Positions 32,709 through 42,460 of a stretch of 64,000 bases of DNA are shown piece by piece. Below the pieces are notes generated by a model. The model saw only the letters and a list, made by a program, of their open reading frames with translations. It had not been told where the DNA came from and did no database searches. The position numbers and the translations under genes were made by a program. The DNA comes from a virus. Position 1 is the stretch's first letter, and each line of letters opens with the position of its first letter. Location: the IMG/VR virus record IMGVR_UViG_3300044632_001319; one strand, 5' to 3'.

Positions 32709-33229
32709 ACATATCTAAAGATGACTTTTTGTTACTTACTGGACTTGCAGAATTTCATTTTAAATTCAGTGAGTATGTCCGCGAGAATAATGAAGAAATG
32801 TTTTTTCGCGCAATCGATTATGCACAAACATTTACAAATGTGCAAGGAATAAAATTCGATTACTGGCACGAAGATAATAAGAGATTCCTTCAAGAACTTT
32901 ACGATATCATTCGTAAGCGTCAAACTAATTTTGATAAACTCGCAAGTAAACTTGGCAAGGAAGAAGCAACAAAGGTTTGGATATCTAAAAAGAAAACAAC
33001 CAATGAAGATCCTCTTGGCATGAAGAATTATTTTTCTAATTTTGTAAGACATGCTAGGGAATTGGATTATGATGCTTTTGATATGCAAGATTGGATCAAC
33101 TTTGTAAAAATAGCAAAGAATATAAAAAATGATCCAAAGTTCATAGAGTTTAGCATCGGTCAGATCAAAAGAGTATTGGGTGAAGATTCTGAACTAATTA
33201 AGGAATTTGATGATGAAACAAAAAATTAA
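32705..33229 (+). CDS. Hypothetical protein
   Basis: ATGA-coupled ORF within the replication operon. Confidence 0.6.
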   Translation: MNISKDDFLLLTGLAEFHFKFSEYVRENNEEMFFRAIDYAQTFTNVQGIKFDYWHEDNKRFLQELYDIIRKRQTNFDKLASKLGKEEATKVWISKKKTTNEDPLGMKNYFSNFVRHARELDYDAFDMQDWINFVKIAKNIKNDPKFIEFSIGQIKRVLGEDSELIKEFDDETKN

Positions 33230-33917
33230 TGTACTTGATGCTGGATTTGTTGAACTCGTAGAGTGCATGGGTTCGGATCTGACTGTGGTCAATGCTGCAA
33301 GAGTTTCTTTCAACAAAGAAGCAACTTGGCAAACTGATCAAAAAGGAAACAAGATTCTTTCTGATAAGGATTTCAAACTCATTCGTTATCTTGCTGATCA
33401 TGAGCATTGGACTCCCTTTGCTCATCCACAAATTACATTGAGAATCAAAGCACCCATTTCTATTCGTACACAACTTTTCAAACATAAAGTTGGATTTGTC
33501 GAGAATGAAATTTCTCGTCGTTATGTTTCTTATGAACCAGATCTTTATTTCCCGTACTTTCGCGGCAAACCTACAACTGGTGCAAAGCAAGGTTCTGAAG
33601 ACTTCATTACGGATATCAGACTGAAAGAAGAGATTGATCGGAAGTATCGTGAAGCAGCAGAAAAGTGTGTTGAAATTTATGATGAACTATTGGCATCAGG
33701 AGTAGCACCAGAACAAGCACGATTTGTTCTACCACAAGGTGTATATACAGAGTGGTGGTGGACTGGTTCATTGTCTGCATATGCGCGAGTATATACACAA
33801 AGAATTAACCCACACGCGCAGTGGGAAGTGCGTGAATATGCCAAAGCAATTGGTGAGATCATTGAACCTCTTTTCCCAGAATCTTGGTTAGCACTCACTC
33901 GTAATACGAATACATAA
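33207..33917 (+). CDS. thyX: Flavin-dependent thymidylate synthase
   Basis: VVNAARVSF, HEHWTPF, RTQLFKHK, NEISRRY, APEQARFVLPQ, HAQWEVR. Confidence 0.93.
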   Translation: MMMKQKINVLDAGFVELVECMGSDLTVVNAARVSFNKEATWQTDQKGNKILSDKDFKLIRYLADHEHWTPFAHPQITLRIKAPISIRTQLFKHKVGFVENEISRRYVSYEPDLYFPYFRGKPTTGAKQGSEDFITDIRLKEEIDRKYREAAEKCVEIYDELLASGVAPEQARFVLPQGVYTEWWWTGSLSAYARVYTQRINPHAQWEVREYAKAIGEIIEPLFPESWLALTRNTNT

Positions 33918-33945
33918 GAATGCCCTTTTGGGAACAGGAGTTACT

Positions 33946-35865
33946 ATGAAAGAATTACCATCGGATTATCAAAAATTTATTCACACATCACGATACGCTC
34001 GTTGGATTGAAAAAGAAAAACGACGAGAGACATGGGGTGAGACAGTAAAGCGTTATTTTGATTTCTTTGAGACACACCTCAAGGAACACAACAATTATAC
34101 GATTCCACAAGAACTAAGAGCAGAACTTGAGAATGCTGTTCTCAATCTTGAAATCATGCCAAGCATGAGAGCATTGATGACTGCTGGAGAGGCACTTCGT
34201 CGTGACAACACAGCAGGATATAATTGCTCGTATGTAGCAATCAATCGTGTTCGTGCTTTCGATGAAATACTATATATTTTGATGTGTGGTACAGGTGTTG
34301 GTTTCTCGGTGGAGAGACAATATGTTGAAAAACTTCCTACAATTGCTGAAAACTTCTCTGCTAGTGATACCACTATCATTGTGGAAGATAGCAAGGCTGG
34401 TTGGGCTAAGGCTTACAAAGAACTTGTCTCCTTACTCATTGGAGGTCAAATACCAAAATGGGATATATCAAAAATTCGTCCTGCTGGGGCTCGTCTCAAA
34501 ACTTTCGGTGGCAGAGCAAGCGGACCAAGACCTCTGGAAGACCTGTTTAAGTTCACCGTTGATACTTTTAAGAGAGCATCGGGGAGAAAACTCACAAGTA
34601 TCGAATGCCATGATATCGTCTGTAAAATTGCAGAAATTGTGGTGGTGGGAGGAGTCCGTAGATCTGCTCTTATTAGCCTATCCAATCTTACAGACGAAAG
34701 AATGCGAGATGCCAAATCTGGTGCATGGTGGAATGAAAATCCGCAAAGAGCACTCGCAAACAATTCCGTTGCGTACAAGGAAAAACCAGAAATAGGAGTG
34801 TTCATGGATGAGTGGGTTTCGCTATATAAATCAAAAAGTGGAGAACGTGGTATTTTTAATCGCGATGCTTGTAGGAAGACTGTCGCTAAACTTGGAGATC
34901 GCCGTGACTCGTCTTATGAGTTTGGTACAAATCCTTGCTCTGAGATTATTCTACGCGACCGTGAATTTTGCAACCTTACTGAAGTTGTAGTTCGTCCAGG
35001 TGATGGTCTAGCATCTCTTCGTCGTAAGGTTCGTCTTGCTGCTATTCTTGGAACTTGGCAAGCATCACTAACTCACTTCCCATATCTTTCTTCTGAATGG
35101 AAGAAGAACTGTGAAGAGGAAGCATTGCTAGGACTCTCACTCACTGGTATTCTAGACAACCAAATGATGCGTTCGGTTGGCGATCTTCCAAACACCTTGG
35201 AGGTTCTGAAGCAAGAAGCAATTACAACCAATGAAGTTTGGGCAAAAACTATTGGTATTAATCCAGCAGCAGCAATCACTTGCATCAAACCATCGGGTAC
35301 AGTCTCACAACTAACTGATGCAGCATCTGGTATTCATGCTCGTCACAATAATTATTACATCCGCACGGTTCGTGCTGATCGTAAGGATCCTCTGTGCCAA
35401 ATGATGATTGATATGGGATTCCCTGCGGAACCTTGTGTAATGAAACCAGACCACACAATGGTCTTCTCATTCCCAATGAAAGCAGAGGGATCAATTACTC
35501 GTAACGACATGACTGCAATTGAGCATCTAGAGTTATGGTTAACATATCAGAGACACTGGTGTGAACACAAACCATCAATCACTGTCACCGTCAAGGAACA
35601 CGAATGGATGGAGGTCGGAGCATTTGTTTACAAGCACTTTGATGAAATCAGTGGCATCTCATTCCTTCCCCACAGCGATCACTCATATCGTCAAGCACCT
35701 TACCAAGACTGCACTAAAGAAGAATATGAAGCAGCATATATACAGATGCCAAAGAATGTAGACTGGACTCTACTTTCTAAATATGAGAAAGAAGATAAGA
35801 CTGTAGGAGCACAAACCTTTGCCTGTAGTGGCGATAAATGTGAACTTGTAGATCTTACTACATAA
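33946..35865 (+). CDS. nrdJ: Class II (adenosylcobalamin-dependent) ribonucleotide reductase
   Basis: PSMRAL, YNCSY, GTGVGFS, GGVRRSA, GTNPCSEI, TCIKPSGT, C-terminal CSGDKC; no beta-subunit gene adjacent. Confidence 0.88.
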   Translation: MKELPSDYQKFIHTSRYARWIEKEKRRETWGETVKRYFDFFETHLKEHNNYTIPQELRAELENAVLNLEIMPSMRALMTAGEALRRDNTAGYNCSYVAINRVRAFDEILYILMCGTGVGFSVERQYVEKLPTIAENFSASDTTIIVEDSKAGWAKAYKELVSLLIGGQIPKWDISKIRPAGARLKTFGGRASGPRPLEDLFKFTVDTFKRASGRKLTSIECHDIVCKIAEIVVVGGVRRSALISLSNLTDERMRDAKSGAWWNENPQRALANNSVAYKEKPEIGVFMDEWVSLYKSKSGERGIFNRDACRKTVAKLGDRRDSSYEFGTNPCSEIILRDREFCNLTEVVVRPGDGLASLRRKVRLAAILGTWQASLTHFPYLSSEWKKNCEEEALLGLSLTGILDNQMMRSVGDLPNTLEVLKQEAITTNEVWAKTIGINPAAAITCIKPSGTVSQLTDAASGIHARHNNYYIRTVRADRKDPLCQMMIDMGFPAEPCVMKPDHTMVFSFPMKAEGSITRNDMTAIEHLELWLTYQRHWCEHKPSITVTVKEHEWMEVGAFVYKHFDEISGISFLPHSDHSYRQAPYQDCTKEEYEAAYIQMPKNVDWTLLSKYEKEDKTVGAQTFACSGDKCELVDLTT

Positions 35866-35901
35866 TAAGTACCCCACTTGAGATAGCATCTCAGGTCCGA
35901 C

Positions 35902-35940
35902 AACCCCCCTACCCCCCGTCTATGGGGGGTTGTTTCTTTT
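35902..35940 (+). terminator. Rho-independent terminator after nrdJ
   Basis: CCCCCC-loop-GGGGGG stem followed by TTGTTTCTTTT. Confidence 0.65.
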
Positions 35941-35947
35941 ATAAATA
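35940..35947 (+). promoter_or_regulatory. T4-type late promoter TATAAATA
   Basis: Exact consensus, followed by RBS AGGAG and ATG 35965. Confidence 0.75.
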
Positions 35948-35964
35948 CTGGTAGGAGACATCAT

Positions 35965-36735
35965 ATGAAAAGTATTATAGCAACGGCAGCATCTTTTTTA
36001 TTGATGGTTAGTTCAAGTTTTGGTCAGACTAATCCTGATGCAAAGATTAATCTGATTCTAGAATCACCAGAAACAACAGTTTCTGTTGGAGAAACATTTG
36101 AAGTTCCAATTTTAATGGCAGCAGCAACAGAACCACAAAGATATATTGTATCTGATATAATCTTTGGTTGGGATCAAACAAAACTTGAGTTTCTTGGTAT
36201 AAGTCACGTTGGTTCGCATCCAAATATTTGGGTTCCCCCAAGTGGTATGCCATGCCCCGCTGGTTATCAAAATTGTGCTGGTATTGGTACTGACTACACA
36301 CAGATCAATGAAGCAATTCCACCCGCAGATGGTAATGGACTCTACTACGGATATGGTGCTCTTGGATATGTGTTTATAGTGAATCAACAACCCATTCAAA
36401 TTGTTCGTTTACAATTTAAAGTTTTAGAATCATTTGTTCAAACCGAAGTTAAGGTTCTTCCAGAATACAATACTGTTATCGAAAACAAAACAGTAATCTA
36501 TGGAAGCAATATTCCAGGATTATCTGTTCTTGGTACAATAACCGATGCAGTCATCTTTGGAACTCCCGCACCCGCTGGAGATTTTAACGGAGATGGTGTA
36601 GTTGGATCTGAAGATATGGCAGCATTACTGGGAAATTGGGGAGCATTATCCTTCAAGAATAATCCATATGATTTAGATGGAGATGGTGTGGTGGGTGCTG
36701 GAGATCTAGCAATACTTGTGTCAAACTGGAGTTAA
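35965..36735 (+). CDS. Secreted cohesin-like + dockerin domain protein
   Basis: Signal peptide; TVSVGETFEVPI...GWDQTKLEF...IVRLQFKVL cohesin-like pattern; two Ca-binding repeats GDFNGDGVVGSEDMAALLGNWG and DLDGDGVVGAGDLAILVSNW. Confidence 0.75.
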   Translation: MKSIIATAASFLLMVSSSFGQTNPDAKINLILESPETTVSVGETFEVPILMAAATEPQRYIVSDIIFGWDQTKLEFLGISHVGSHPNIWVPPSGMPCPAGYQNCAGIGTDYTQINEAIPPADGNGLYYGYGALGYVFIVNQQPIQIVRLQFKVLESFVQTEVKVLPEYNTVIENKTVIYGSNIPGLSVLGTITDAVIFGTPAPAGDFNGDGVVGSEDMAALLGNWGALSFKNNPYDLDGDGVVGAGDLAILVSNWS

Positions 36736-36736
36736 G

Positions 36737-36763
36737 AAAAACCCCCCGAAAGGGGGGTTTTTT
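36737..36763. terminator. Bidirectional rho-independent terminator at the strand switch
   Basis: AAAAACCCCCC GAAA GGGGGGTTTTTT between convergent genes. Confidence 0.9.
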
Positions 36764-38195
36764 ATTTACCTTGTCTCATTTGTTTTCCAAAATTTCTAGC
36801 AAAGTTTCTTCTCCACGCCGCATCTTTTTGCATTTGTGCTTGGAATGATTTTCCAAATCTAGTTCTACGATTTGCATCACTTTGCATTTGTGTTTGGAAT
36901 GCTTTAGCATCTTCACCACGCTTAATGGTTTCTTGTCCCGCTTGTAGTGCAAATTTTTCCCCTGCTGACAAATCAAGTGGTTGGTTTGCAACAATAACTG
37001 GTTTTGGTTTTGTTACCTCTGCCTTTGGAGTTGTTTGTGTTGCGAAGTTAGAAGATGCCATTGTCTCTGCTGTTGTTTTTGCGCCTAACTCTGTTGAGAT
37101 CTTTCTAAGTTCTCTTTGTAGATTTGCTTTGACTGGCGATTCTTCTTGCTTTGGTGCTTTATCTTCTTCTTGCCATTTTTGCCAAACTCTTTCTGCTTCT
37201 CTTCTTCTCTGAGCACCAACAGCACCACCAGGACTTCTTGCGTCAGCTCCGTATGCTGCAAAGTCTGCACTAGTTTCTTTGCGAACGGGGACTATAGTAT
37301 TAGAATATCCACCACCGCTTCTTCTTGGTCTTGTTTGTTTTGGTTGTTGTCTATTTCGGTTTGGGATTTCTAGATCACTAGCAGATACAGTTTTAGTTGC
37401 TCCAGATTCATTAGGCACATTGATTTGTGGAGAATCTGGTTTAATTAATTCATTATATGCATATACTCCACCTGCTACACCCGCTGCAACTCCAGCAGTT
37501 CTAACTACTGGTTTTACTCCAGGTATATTTTTAACAAAATCATATCCTTGTTTTATTCTTTGTCCTATACCTTCGTTCAGTCTTTGTTTATAAAATTCTA
37601 CTTCTTCTCTCATTGGATTTTGACCTCTTAGTTTTCTTTTTTCTGCCCATTTTCTATCTAGTTCTGCTATTTTATCTTGAGCACGTTTGACATTATCTGA
37701 TCGAATTTGATTGAATCCTTGTTCACCATATCTTGCAACTAATTTTTGTTTTGCTTCATCTGCCATTCTTTGTCTCATTTTTCTACCAAGGTCAAGTGAC
37801 ATTTGTGATTGAGCGGTTAAAGCATCACCTTTATCTCCCATAATGTCTTGCGGAGTAAGAAGAGATTGACTTGTTCTTGGACCACGAAGATCTTGTATTT
37901 CCATGCGTTCTGGTTCTCCTGGTTTTCTTCCAAGTTCACCTTGTCGCACTGTTATAAATCTACGATTTTGTACATATTCTCTTGCTTCGGGTGGCAGATT
38001 TTCCCATTTTCTCTCTTCGAATGGTTTTTTTAATTCTTCTTGACCAACAGCAACATCTCTTGCAAGAGAGGAGAATTGTTGTGCGCTTCTTTCTACTTCT
38101 CTTATTTTTTCTGCTTTTCTTTCTTCTTGCTTCTTTTTCTCTTGATCAAAAATATTAAGAATATCAAGACCTGCTCTGATCCCTTGTAGTGGCAT
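36762..38195 (-). CDS. Hypothetical late protein with internal RLNE site and a Gly/Ala hydrophobic segment
   Basis: 477-aa ORF behind a late promoter; TAGVAAGVAGGVYAY segment. Confidence 0.6.
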   Translation of the reverse strand: MPLQGIRAGLDILNIFDQEKKKQEERKAEKIREVERSAQQFSSLARDVAVGQEELKKPFEERKWENLPPEAREYVQNRRFITVRQGELGRKPGEPERMEIQDLRGPRTSQSLLTPQDIMGDKGDALTAQSQMSLDLGRKMRQRMADEAKQKLVARYGEQGFNQIRSDNVKRAQDKIAELDRKWAEKRKLRGQNPMREEVEFYKQRLNEGIGQRIKQGYDFVKNIPGVKPVVRTAGVAAGVAGGVYAYNELIKPDSPQINVPNESGATKTVSASDLEIPNRNRQQPKQTRPRRSGGGYSNTIVPVRKETSADFAAYGADARSPGGAVGAQRRREAERVWQKWQEEDKAPKQEESPVKANLQRELRKISTELGAKTTAETMASSNFATQTTPKAEVTKPKPVIVANQPLDLSAGEKFALQAGQETIKRGEDAKAFQTQMQSDANRRTRFGKSFQAQMQKDAAWRRNFARNFGKQMRQGK

Positions 38196-38210
38196 AAAAT
38201 TCTCCTAATG

Positions 38211-38218
38211 TATTTATA
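38211..38218 (-). promoter_or_regulatory. T4-type late promoter (TATAAATA on - strand)
   Basis: TATTTATA on +, then AGGAG RBS on - before the ORF start at 38195. Confidence 0.7.
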
Positions 38219-38220
38219 AA

Positions 38221-38242
38221 CAACCCCCATTTCTGGGGGTTG
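38221..38242 (-). terminator. Hairpin terminator
   Basis: CAACCCCCA TTTC TGGGGGTTG perfect stem. Confidence 0.65.
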
Positions 38243-38248
38243 GTATTA

Positions 38249-39070
38249 TCAGTATCCTCTCATTGGAGGCATTGGGGGTCTTCCCATGCCACCCATAGGT
38301 GGTCTTCTTCTCTGGGGCATAGGAGGTCTTCCCATGCCACCCATTTGTGGTCCACCCATTTGTGGTCCACCCATTGGAGGTCTTCCCATACCACCCATAG
38401 GAGGCATACCACCACCCATTGGTCCACCCATTCCACCACCCATTGGTCCACCCATTCCACCACCCATTGGTCCACCCATTGGGGGCATACCACCACCCAT
38501 CATATCCATATCCTCTTCGCCTTCCATTGGAGGCATACCACCACCCATTGGTCCACCCATTCCACCACCCATTGGTCCACCTTGTTGTTGACCTTGTTGT
38601 TGCATCATTGCACTTTGTGCAAGTGCTTGATTTCTTGCATCGTCTGCGGGATCAGAGAGATCACCAAACATTGTTGGTGTTGATTTTTTCTTTTGTTGGT
38701 TTGGATTAAATCTGAAGTTTTGACCCATTGCTGCTGGGGGTTCTTGTTGTTGTGGGGGCATTCCACCACCCATTCCACCACCCATTGGAGGCATTCCACC
38801 ACCCATTCCACCGCCCATTGGAGGCATTTCTCCCATACCACCCATCATACCCATTTCGTCTTGACCCATTTCTCCACCCATTGGAGGCATTGGTGGTTGA
38901 CCCATCATACCCATTTGGGATCTTCTTCTTTGTGGCATCTGTGGTCTTCTACCACCCATTTGTGGTCCACCCATGCCGCCCATGGGAGGCATACCGCCAC
39001 CCATACCAAAGTTCTCATTCATTAATACTTTGGTAATTGAATCGTAAATTCTTTTATCTGAGTCTTTCAT
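38249..39070 (-). CDS. Met/Gly/Pro-rich low-complexity protein
   Basis: Repeats MGG, MPPMGG, GPMGGGM after N-terminal ...VLMNE; RBS AAGGA. Confidence 0.75.
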   Translation of the reverse strand: MKDSDKRIYDSITKVLMNENFGMGGGMPPMGGMGGPQMGGRRPQMPQRRRSQMGMMGQPPMPPMGGEMGQDEMGMMGGMGEMPPMGGGMGGGMPPMGGGMGGGMPPQQQEPPAAMGQNFRFNPNQQKKKSTPTMFGDLSDPADDARNQALAQSAMMQQQGQQQGGPMGGGMGGPMGGGMPPMEGEEDMDMMGGGMPPMGGPMGGGMGGPMGGGMGGPMGGGMPPMGGMGRPPMGGPQMGGPQMGGMGRPPMPQRRRPPMGGMGRPPMPPMRGY

Positions 39071-39088
39071 TGTTGTTTCCTTTTTAGT

Positions 39089-39919
39089 TTAAAAATCTTG
39101 TCTACCCATGCGATATCCGCCTGGTTTAATATCTGGACTGATCATTTGTGCTGTAGATCTGGGTCTTACGGGTCTTACTCTATCGATTCCTCGTCTTTTT
39201 AGTTCAAGGTTTCTTTGCTTTATTGCTTCAAGTCTTTGAATTTGTTTTTGTAATTCACTTTCTGCTTGTGGTACTACACTATCAACTTTTGCGGATGCGC
39301 CAGGTGCTGCAAACTGACCAACTTGTGGTTTTCTTATATCACTTGTACTAAATTCCAATGGAATATCATACTTATTTTCACCGTGTGCTTTTGCGCGATC
39401 TACTGCAAGATTTTCTGCATTTTTTAATCTTCTTAGTCTTTCGGTTTCTGATATGCCAAAATCAACATTAAATGGATCTTTTGTCTTGCTTGTATCTACA
39501 TTTTTAGATCCGACTGCTGGACCCAGTGGTACTTTTGGTGTTTCAGCAGATGGCATTGCTCCTGCTGGTGCTTTTGGTTCATCTGGTACGTCCTCATACC
39601 TAGAAACCGTGACTAGTGGTTGACCACTAACATCAACACCGTAAAGATCACCGCCTGGTCCAGTTCGTGGAACACCAGCAATCATTCCAGCAACCTTTAA
39701 AGCACCAGTTTCTGGATCTCTCTCTGCTTTTTCTGCTGCTGCTTGGGTTTGTCTGAGTAGACTTTGTTGTTCTGGTGACAATTTATCAATATCAGCCATG
39801 CGATAAGTTGTAGAACCAACGTATTTTCTCTTTTGCTCATTTAGAAATACATTATTAGTTGCTTCTGAAAGCGATCTTAATAATTTATTGTTGTAGTAAT
39901 TTGAATTGAATTTGTACAT
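39089..39919 (-). CDS. Hypothetical late protein
   Basis: N-terminal ...RSLSE...FLNE; late promoter at 39941-48 on -; RBS GGAG. Confidence 0.65.
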   Translation of the reverse strand: MYKFNSNYYNNKLLRSLSEATNNVFLNEQKRKYVGSTTYRMADIDKLSPEQQSLLRQTQAAAEKAERDPETGALKVAGMIAGVPRTGPGGDLYGVDVSGQPLVTVSRYEDVPDEPKAPAGAMPSAETPKVPLGPAVGSKNVDTSKTKDPFNVDFGISETERLRRLKNAENLAVDRAKAHGENKYDIPLEFSTSDIRKPQVGQFAAPGASAKVDSVVPQAESELQKQIQRLEAIKQRNLELKRRGIDRVRPVRPRSTAQMISPDIKPGGYRMGRQDF

Positions 39920-39940
39920 TGCTTCTCCAACTTTACTAAA

Positions 39941-39948
39941 TATTTATA
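39941..39948 (-). promoter_or_regulatory. T4-type late promoter (- strand), overlapping a CTAAATA variant on + (39936-39942)
   Basis: TATTTATA between divergent ORFs. Confidence 0.6.
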
Positions 39949-39951
39949 TCA

Positions 39952-40503
39952 ATGATTATTTCTGCCATAGATTATTCCTTAAACGGACCAGCGGTTTGTG
40001 TATTTGACACCAAAAAAGAGTTCAATTTTAAGAATTGTAACTTTTATTTTTTGACAGACACAAAGAAATACGCAAATACATTCATGAATAACATACACGG
40101 GGAGATGTTCTTGACGTATGACCAAGATTGTGAAAGATATGATTCCATATCAGATTGGGTTGTTCGTGTCACAATTGGATCAGAAAGAATAGGTTTAGAG
40201 GGATATGCGTACAATGCCACGGGTCGTGTCTTTCATATTGCAGAAAACACAGGAATATTAAAATATAAACTTTACCAGTTAGGCATACCTGTAGATATCA
40301 TTGAACCAACAAAAGTTAAAAAACTGTTCACTACCAAAGGAAATGCTGATAAAGAGTTAATGTATAAAAGTTTTGTTCAGGAAACTGGATTCGAGTTGCA
40401 AGAAATAATCACACCAAACAAAACACTTCTCGGAAGTCCAGTCACTGACATCATAGATGCATATGCTATTTGCAAAGCACTTTATGAATCTTTACAACCC
40501 TGA
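39952..40503 (+). CDS. RuvC/RNase H-fold nuclease (Holliday junction resolvase-like)
   Basis: AIDYSLNGPAV, IGLEGYAY, IAENTGILK, PT.VKK..T.KGNADK, DI.DAY. Confidence 0.7.
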   Translation: MIISAIDYSLNGPAVCVFDTKKEFNFKNCNFYFLTDTKKYANTFMNNIHGEMFLTYDQDCERYDSISDWVVRVTIGSERIGLEGYAYNATGRVFHIAENTGILKYKLYQLGIPVDIIEPTKVKKLFTTKGNADKELMYKSFVQETGFELQEIITPNKTLLGSPVTDIIDAYAICKALYESLQP

Positions 40504-40697
40504 TCTTTTCTATACCCCTGTAGAACAATATAATGGGTGGGTACATCTTCTGGGTTTTTTTCTGCTCTTTTCGTTGCTGCATCAAATTCCTTTTTAGTCA
40601 AAAGGAGTTCATACCTATACCCAGCAGTATCGACATGAGTGCAGAAATAATATTCTTCTGCTTCTTTATTTGTTTTTCTTTTATGGTTTTTTGCCAT
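40482..40697 (-). CDS. Small hypothetical protein
   Basis: Coupled to the upstream gene (TAATG); LLLT..E...A.KRAEKNPED. Confidence 0.55.
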   Translation of the reverse strand: MAKNHKRKTNKEAEEYYFCTHVDTAGYRYELLLTKKEFDAATKRAEKNPEDVPTHYIVLQGYRKDQGCKDS

Positions 40698-42070
40698 TAG
40701 TATGATTCCCTACCAACATTCATTTTACTGAGAATGCTCATCGCTAATCTTCTGCGTCTGGGATTTGAATTCACTGGTTGCTTACCATATAGTGGTTCAA
40801 ACCCTCCCATGTTAGCAGCGGTGTAATTTGCTTGTGCTGCTCTAGAAACAGCAACCTCTGATGAATCTGGTTTTCCAGATGGGTTAACACCTATTCCTGC
40901 AATTGCACCACCACCAGCTGCCATCTCTTCTTTGATTTCTTTTGCTGCCTTTTTGAATTTTTCTTTCTGTGCAACATTTGCAGCAGTGAATGATTGTGGT
41001 ATAAATTTAACTTGACCATGACCTGGTAATTCAGAAACAAATCCTTCACCATTTGAATGACCACCTTCGGGAGTCATTGGTAGACTTTTATTTCTGTGTA
41101 GAATGTCTACGATGATGTTTCTTGCAGCATCAGCATGATCGTGTGCTTTGAGTAGATTATGAAGTGCTGCTGGGTCTTTATCTACGAATTCTAGATGTCC
41201 CATGATTCTTTGTTTATCTGCGCTGCTCTTTGCCTTATCTGCTTTGGATTTTAACCAATCCTTTAGAGAACCAATAGATCTTTCTGTCACTTCTCCTCTT
41301 TGAACTGCATTGGTGTATTGCTTGAAGATGAGATGTCTATGACCTGTTTTGTTTGTTGGATCGACGTGTTCTGCTATAGATTTTGCAATTTGTTTTACTT
41401 TTTTATCATTCAGAAGAGTATTTGCATTTGATATATGCGTATTGAGTTTTTGCATCTCTTCTGGAGTTGTATCGAATGACTGATTGTTGAGGGAGAGATG
41501 TGGAAAGTGTGCCTCTTTCGACTCAAGGAATGTCACATCTGGATTTGATCCAGTTTTCTCACCAGTATCAGTATTCAGTTGTGTGTGTACCGCAACTGCA
41601 TACTTCTTTGATTTCGCTGGTTTCATGTATGATATTAGATTTCCCTTGAATGTCGTTGGTGATGATTCTAGAGCAATATCTGCTTGATAACCAGTATTTG
41701 ATCCAATTGAAGGGTGTTTTGCTGACTTCAATCCAACCATGAATGGTTGTGTAAGATATGGTTTTTCTTTTGTCTCTTGTTCTATTTCTTGTTCCGAATA
41801 GAGATGTGGAGATCCTTCACCCTTATATTTCACGAATGGTCTTCCACCATTTCTACCAAATACAATTGATACACTTCCATCTACCTTATATGATAAATTG
41901 TGTCCAGGTTGTGGTCTTCCTGCTAGAAAGTTAGCAGTTGCTTTCAAATGCTCTATTGCTGCATTTGGGTTACCAGTGTATAGTTTTTCACCATGATGCT
42001 CAAGGTGCTTGATTACCTGTATAGATTCGTTTAAATTTATTCTACTGAAAAGTTCTGTTACTGTAATCAT
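40697..42070 (-). CDS. Conserved T4-like-phage protein with ligase-like KxDG motif (DUF6267-like)
   Basis: KHLEH, YKVDGS.SIVFG, YQAD, GEGFV, VKF....F..AN. Confidence 0.6.
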   Translation of the reverse strand: MITVTELFSRINLNESIQVIKHLEHHGEKLYTGNPNAAIEHLKATANFLAGRPQPGHNLSYKVDGSVSIVFGRNGGRPFVKYKGEGSPHLYSEQEIEQETKEKPYLTQPFMVGLKSAKHPSIGSNTGYQADIALESSPTTFKGNLISYMKPAKSKKYAVAVHTQLNTDTGEKTGSNPDVTFLESKEAHFPHLSLNNQSFDTTPEEMQKLNTHISNANTLLNDKKVKQIAKSIAEHVDPTNKTGHRHLIFKQYTNAVQRGEVTERSIGSLKDWLKSKADKAKSSADKQRIMGHLEFVDKDPAALHNLLKAHDHADAARNIIVDILHRNKSLPMTPEGGHSNGEGFVSELPGHGQVKFIPQSFTAANVAQKEKFKKAAKEIKEEMAAGGGAIAGIGVNPSGKPDSSEVAVSRAAQANYTAANMGGFEPLYGKQPVNSNPRRRRLAMSILSKMNVGRESY

Positions 42071-42444
42071 TTTACTCTCTGTAATATTTTTTCTATTCTG
42101 TGGTCACAATTTATAGATTCTAGATCGACTTCTGGTATTGACTTTGGAAGATACTGTAGATATTGCAGAAAGGTTTTTAGATAAGAATGCAACTCTTTCG
42201 GTAGTTTATAAAATAAGATTCTCGTACATGCCTCTGCACCAAACAAATTTTGTAAAATAATAAGGTGATTTAAAACTAATCTTTCTTTTAAATCACCATA
42301 TTTTTTATATTTAAGAAGAAGTCTTTTGACGTATTTTACTCTACAGATATCTTCTTTAAATTCGTCAATCCCAGAACATAATGGATTGCTATACATTTTC
42401 ATAGCATACATTACAAAATTATTTGGACAGAGTTTGTCTTTCAT
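42067..42444 (-). CDS. Conserved hypothetical T4-like phage protein
   Basis: NF.MYAMK.Y.NP.C....EF.ED..R.KY.KRLL, ERL.LNH.I.L.N.FG. Confidence 0.7.
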   Translation of the reverse strand: MKDKLCPNNFVMYAMKMYSNPLCSGIDEFKEDICRVKYVKRLLLKYKKYGDLKERLVLNHLIILQNLFGAEACTRILFYKLPKELHSYLKTFLQYLQYLPKSIPEVDLESINCDHRIEKILQRVK

Positions 42445-42460
42445 GATATAAAGGGTTTGT

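Noticed and set aside
38240-39036. His-rich or Pro/Ile-rich ORFs on the + strand and alternative frames
   Set aside because: Frame shadows of the MGG repeat; only the - strand frame has an RBS and fits the operon direction
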